Assembly: GCA_963730935.1 (NCBI GenBank)
Contig: CAVSTP010000002.1
Span: 832,001 to 896,000 of the forward strand
Reading direction: 5' to 3'
Length of the DNA: 64,000 bases
Origin: an uncultured Nitrospiraceae bacterium
GTDB taxonomy: Bacteria > Nitrospirota > Nitrospiria > Nitrospirales > Nitrospiraceae
This document shows, one piece after another, positions 60,673 to 64,000 of the stretch. The position numbers were made by a program, and so were the translations under genes. The stretch's first letter is position 1, and each line of letters opens with the position of its first letter. Below the pieces are notes generated by a model. That model made no database searches. It was not told the origin of the DNA and saw nothing but the letters and a program-made list of their open reading frames with translations.

Positions 60673-61998
60673 CTAAAAGTGGTCATGGAAGGGACTCGTT
60701 AAGGTACCGAGAGCTCTCCCGAACCAACCCCGATTGTGCAATTGGTCGCGTGAAATCTTCCGGGAGTGGGTGAGATCTTCCTGAAAAATATCCTCGAGTC
60801 GCTTCGCAATCTTCTCGTCATAAAAGACGACGTTGAGTTCGTCGTTGATTCCCATCGAACGGTTGTCGACATTCGTACTGCCGATGGTTGCCCACACTTT
60901 ATCGACGATCATCATCTTGGTATGAAGTAGGGCCGGGGAGTATTCATTCAACTGCACGCCGCCATCAAGCAGTGGACCAAAGCGCTCACGATGCGATTCT
61001 TGAGTGACATATTCGACGCCGGTGCCCTCCACCACGCTGGGGATGAGCACACGTACAACCACCCCTCGCTGGATCGCTTGTAATAAAGCCTCGGTCAGCT
61101 GTTCATCAGGGAAGAGATATGGAGTCGAAATTAAAATTGAGCGTTGAGCGGAGTAAATGGATTGAAGAAAGACATCATACAGTGAGAAATTCTCCCGGAT
61201 GGGCGAACTCCAAACGACTTGCACCTGCACCGGCGCTTCCGACACCGGCAGAGGTCGATAGGGAAAGAATTCCTCCCCCCCCAGCAGCGCATGAGTCGCC
61301 TCGCGCCAATGTTCCATGAACGCGGCTTGCAAATGTTGAACAACCGGCCCTTCGAGTCGTACATTCGTTTCTCGCCATCGGTCTTTGGTGCGACCGTCAC
61401 CGATCCAGGCATCATCCACGCCATAGCCGCCAGTGAAGCCGATTCGCCCGTCGATGACTACAATCCGGCGGTGATCGCGCATTTCGAGTCGCCCGAACCT
61501 CCACACACTCAATGGGCGGAAGTCCGGTACAATGTGACACCCGGCATTCCTCAACCGGTTGACATACTCCTTGGGAAGATCCGAAGCGCCGTGGGCATCC
61601 AGTAGAATGGCAACGTATACCTGGGCCTGACATCGGTCGGCTAACGTCTCCACGATGAGGTCCCCCACCTTGCCCTTGTGAAAGATAAAGGCCTCGAAGG
61701 TGATGGTCTTCTGAGCCGACCGAAGAGCTTCAACCAAGGCCGGAAATGTCTCATCACCGTTTAAAAGAATATCGACCGTGTTGCCGCCAATGACAGGAGC
61801 TCCCGTAAAAGCGGCAAGCGAGCTTTGAAAGGCCGAGTCCGTGATGGGAATGTTAAGTAGGGTCAGTTGCGGCGGTTTCTTGGCGCAGCCAGACAAAACA
61901 AATATTACCAACAGCAACAGCCGAAGGGCTAGCTGCCAATGCCTAGGGAGGATACCGAGATCTACCTCCTGTGCCGTTCGTATGATAAATTGAATCAT
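60673..61998 (-). CDS. Cardiolipin synthase-like phospholipase D (ClsB-type)
   Basis: DHRRIVVIDG and LHTKMMIVD motifs, GSTNVDNRS. Confidence 0.85.
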   Translation of the reverse strand: MIQFIIRTAQEVDLGILPRHWQLALRLLLLVIFVLSGCAKKPPQLTLLNIPITDSAFQSSLAAFTGAPVIGGNTVDILLNGDETFPALVEALRSAQKTITFEAFIFHKGKVGDLIVETLADRCQAQVYVAILLDAHGASDLPKEYVNRLRNAGCHIVPDFRPLSVWRFGRLEMRDHRRIVVIDGRIGFTGGYGVDDAWIGDGRTKDRWRETNVRLEGPVVQHLQAAFMEHWREATHALLGGEEFFPYRPLPVSEAPVQVQVVWSSPIRENFSLYDVFLQSIYSAQRSILISTPYLFPDEQLTEALLQAIQRGVVVRVLIPSVVEGTGVEYVTQESHRERFGPLLDGGVQLNEYSPALLHTKMMIVDKVWATIGSTNVDNRSMGINDELNVVFYDEKIAKRLEDIFQEDLTHSRKISRDQLHNRGWFGRALGTLTSPFHDHF

Positions 61999-62047
61999 TT
62001 CCTACCGCCGAACGTGACCATTCTGATCAGGGAGGTCCAAACACTTT

Positions 62048-62758
62048 ATGCGAGTCATGCGAGCGTCGAATGCTGAAGGGTCCTTCAAGCCTGGATCGCT
62101 CGTGGCCCAACTATTACTTGTGTGGTACGTTAGCAGTCTTCTCTTCCTATCCGTTTCGCCCATTGATCCGAAAATCTGGGTGGGGGCCAATGTCTTTCCC
62201 ATCTTGTTCGTAGTCACCCTGGCGATCACGCATCGCGCATTCCCGCTCTCCAACTTGTCGTATCTTTTGATTTCGGTCTGGCTCTCCTTGCACACCATTG
62301 GGGCGCACTACACCTACCCGCAGGTTCCCCTTGGATTTTGGCTTGAACGCTGGTTCGATTTCCATCGGAATCATTTCGATCGGATCGTGCATTTCGGCTT
62401 TGGCTTTTTCTTCACATTTCCGCTCATAGAAATCTTCCGCCGGCGAAGCAATGTCAGAGGCTGGCTCCTGACCTATCTGGTGTTGATGACGATCCTCGGC
62501 TTCAGTGCCTTCTGGGAGATTATGGAAGCCTGGGTGGGACAGATAGCCCATCCGGATTTTGAAAAGGCAATGGTCGGGCATCAGGGAGACATTTGGGATC
62601 CGCAGCGGGATATGGCCTCTGCCTTATACGGCTCGCTCGTGTTTCTGGTACTCCTGGCGATCATTCTCAAGCTGCGAGAGCCGGTGGAAGAGGCTGCGTC
62701 CGCTTATGAAACTACGTCTCTTCTCGAGTCTGAAGACGCGGCTAGCAATCACAGTTAA
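62048..62758 (+). CDS. DUF2238 (YjdF-like) membrane protein
   Basis: HTIGAHYTY..VPLG, RNHFDRIVHF, QGDIWDPQRDM. Confidence 0.88.
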   Translation: MRVMRASNAEGSFKPGSLVAQLLLVWYVSSLLFLSVSPIDPKIWVGANVFPILFVVTLAITHRAFPLSNLSYLLISVWLSLHTIGAHYTYPQVPLGFWLERWFDFHRNHFDRIVHFGFGFFFTFPLIEIFRRRSNVRGWLLTYLVLMTILGFSAFWEIMEAWVGQIAHPDFEKAMVGHQGDIWDPQRDMASALYGSLVFLVLLAIILKLREPVEEAASAYETTSLLESEDAASNHS

Positions 62759-63228
62759 CTAGTCACGGTCTTGGTCACGATTACAGGTCTAACGCAATCA
62801 CATTCTACCACTATGCGACTTGGTCCAACATCAGTCCTGGCGTCGTGATTCTCGTTCTTCATCGCACTCAAGCACATTCAGTCCCAACAGTCTGATTAGC
62901 CCTTTTACGGCGAGGGTCCCTTCAGACCAATATGGCCGCATATAGGATGGATTTCTCGCCTAATTCCTTGTTATGTCGTGGGATTTTTCGGAGCTGCAAA
63001 TAACCAAATCGCGGGTCAATGGCTCCGTACATCGACCATTGTATCCCCCGGTCTTTTTATTACCGACTGAGCAATTGTGATCAGCCTGCGATCTGCCTTC
63101 TCGATATGCTGGTCTTCAGCCGCCGGGTTGTCTGTCTGAGCATAAGAAAGGCAATCATGACCTGCCGAGTGGCTCGATTCGTTCCCAAACCAGACCGCCG
63201 ACTCTTGTGAGAAAGGCGGAGGCGACCT

Positions 63229-63393
63229 ATGTCGAACAATCAACCTCAGTCTGGTAAACACGTCTGCATTTTCGAGCTGGAACGTAAAGGCGCCTTGTTC
63301 ACCGCAGAGGTAGTTTGTACGGTGTGCGGTGTCTACCTCTCCTCTCAGCAGGATCGGCCACCAGGCACAAGACAAGGCCGCACAGGGACCTGA
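63229..63393 (+). CDS. 54-aa Zn-ribbon-like protein (below ORF-track cutoff)
   Basis: MSNNQPQSGKHVCIFELERKGALFTAEVVCTVCG; GAAAGGCGGAGG leader. Confidence 0.55.
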   Translation: MSNNQPQSGKHVCIFELERKGALFTAEVVCTVCGVYLSSQQDRPPGTRQGRTGT

Positions 63394-63565
63394 GAATCAG
63401 CGAAATCCCTAGCCTTCGGCTCTTCTAACTGACGCCGGGGCCTTGGTTCCATGACTGGAGCAACTTGAAACCATCGTTCTAAAGATCCATCCCACTCCAC
63501 ACACACCTGCCGACGGCCTCCTGGAAGGCCTGACCGCCGTCACCTGTGGGAAAGGCGGTCGTCCA

Positions 63566-63742
63566 ATGGTTGCTACCTCTCTATCTTTTCGCAAAGAAGT
63601 TCTGGACTACCTCTGTACTAGCGACCAACTTTTGGCAGCATTGGGTACAACCAGCGCTTCGCGGTTCTCGAAGGAAGAACTGGAACTGCTTGAGTATTCC
63701 GTGGCTGAACTCCAAAAGGTACTCGTCGTCTGCAAGCAGTAA
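63566..63742 (+). CDS. 58-aa helical protein, family member 3 (below ORF-track cutoff)
   Basis: FRKEVLDYLCTSDQLLAAL...FSKEELELLEYSVAELQKVL; GAAAGGCGG leader. Confidence 0.68.
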   Translation: MVATSLSFRKEVLDYLCTSDQLLAALGTTSASRFSKEELELLEYSVAELQKVLVVCKQ

Positions 63743-63792
63743 GCATCCATCTCCTTTCCTCAACCTCTGTTGCCACTCGTGACAGGTGTTCT

Positions 63793-64000
63793 ATGTCTGA
63801 GCATCGCCTGCTGATCCCGCAAGGCGCTCCCGGATGGCAATTGCTAAAGACGCGCGATTTCGGTCTGTTGTTCTGGGGTCAGATGACTTCGCAGATCGGA
63901 GACAGTTTAAACCGGGTGGCCCTATTATGGTTCGTCTATCAAATGACCGGCTCGGCCATGAAAATGGTCATGATCGGACTTCTGCAAACGATCCCTCCAT
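63793..64000 (+). CDS. MFS transporter, N-terminal part (runs off the window)
   Basis: RDFGLLFWGQMTSQIGDSLNRVALLWFVYQMTGSA. Confidence 0.85.
   Translation, partial: MSEHRLLIPQGAPGWQLLKTRDFGLLFWGQMTSQIGDSLNRVALLWFVYQMTGSAMKMVMIGLLQTIPP

Noticed and set aside
1..64000. CRISPR array, rRNA, intact IS transposase, prophage structural genes or recognisable anti-phage defence genes
   Set aside because: No regularly spaced repeats or diagnostic motifs seen by eye

Overview
Bacterial chromosomal window; the gene content and intergenic repeat family look Nitrospira-like (inferred from recall, not from a search). Bases 1-41.5 kb are core-like and GC-rich. They include an SGNH hydrolase, a YbgC thioesterase, hemL, an RNase/barstar pair, a HAD phosphatase, an M16 peptidase pair, an HTH-MBL fusion, a site-2 protease, a SatP-type transporter and a CorA-like gene. 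They also include a complete kdp locus (small peptide-kdpFABC-kdpDE) followed by two divergent paralogous beta-barrel porins, an M20 peptidase, aat, an ECF/anti-sigma/cytochrome c cluster, der, yrfG, leuS-lptE-holA, rpsT, pyrF and tRNA-His(GTG). From 41.5 kb on, the DNA is accessory and visibly more AT-rich. The tRNA-His 3' end recurs at 49029 and 58935, defining two tandem islands. Island 1 carries an MgtE whose pore Asp is replaced by Arg, a FadL-type channel next to a membrane kinase-receiver-cyclase hybrid, and a GAF kinase. Island 2 and the DNA beyond it carry an integrase remnant, about eight stand-alone receiver genes or remnants, three paralogous ~60-aa helical proteins, several small Cys-rich proteins, a recent 412-bp duplication and a Crp C-terminal remnant. 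Several of these small genes share a GAAAGGCGG leader. A cls-type gene, a DUF2238 gene and the start of an MFS gene close the window. All family calls come from motif recognition by eye; no database searches were run.
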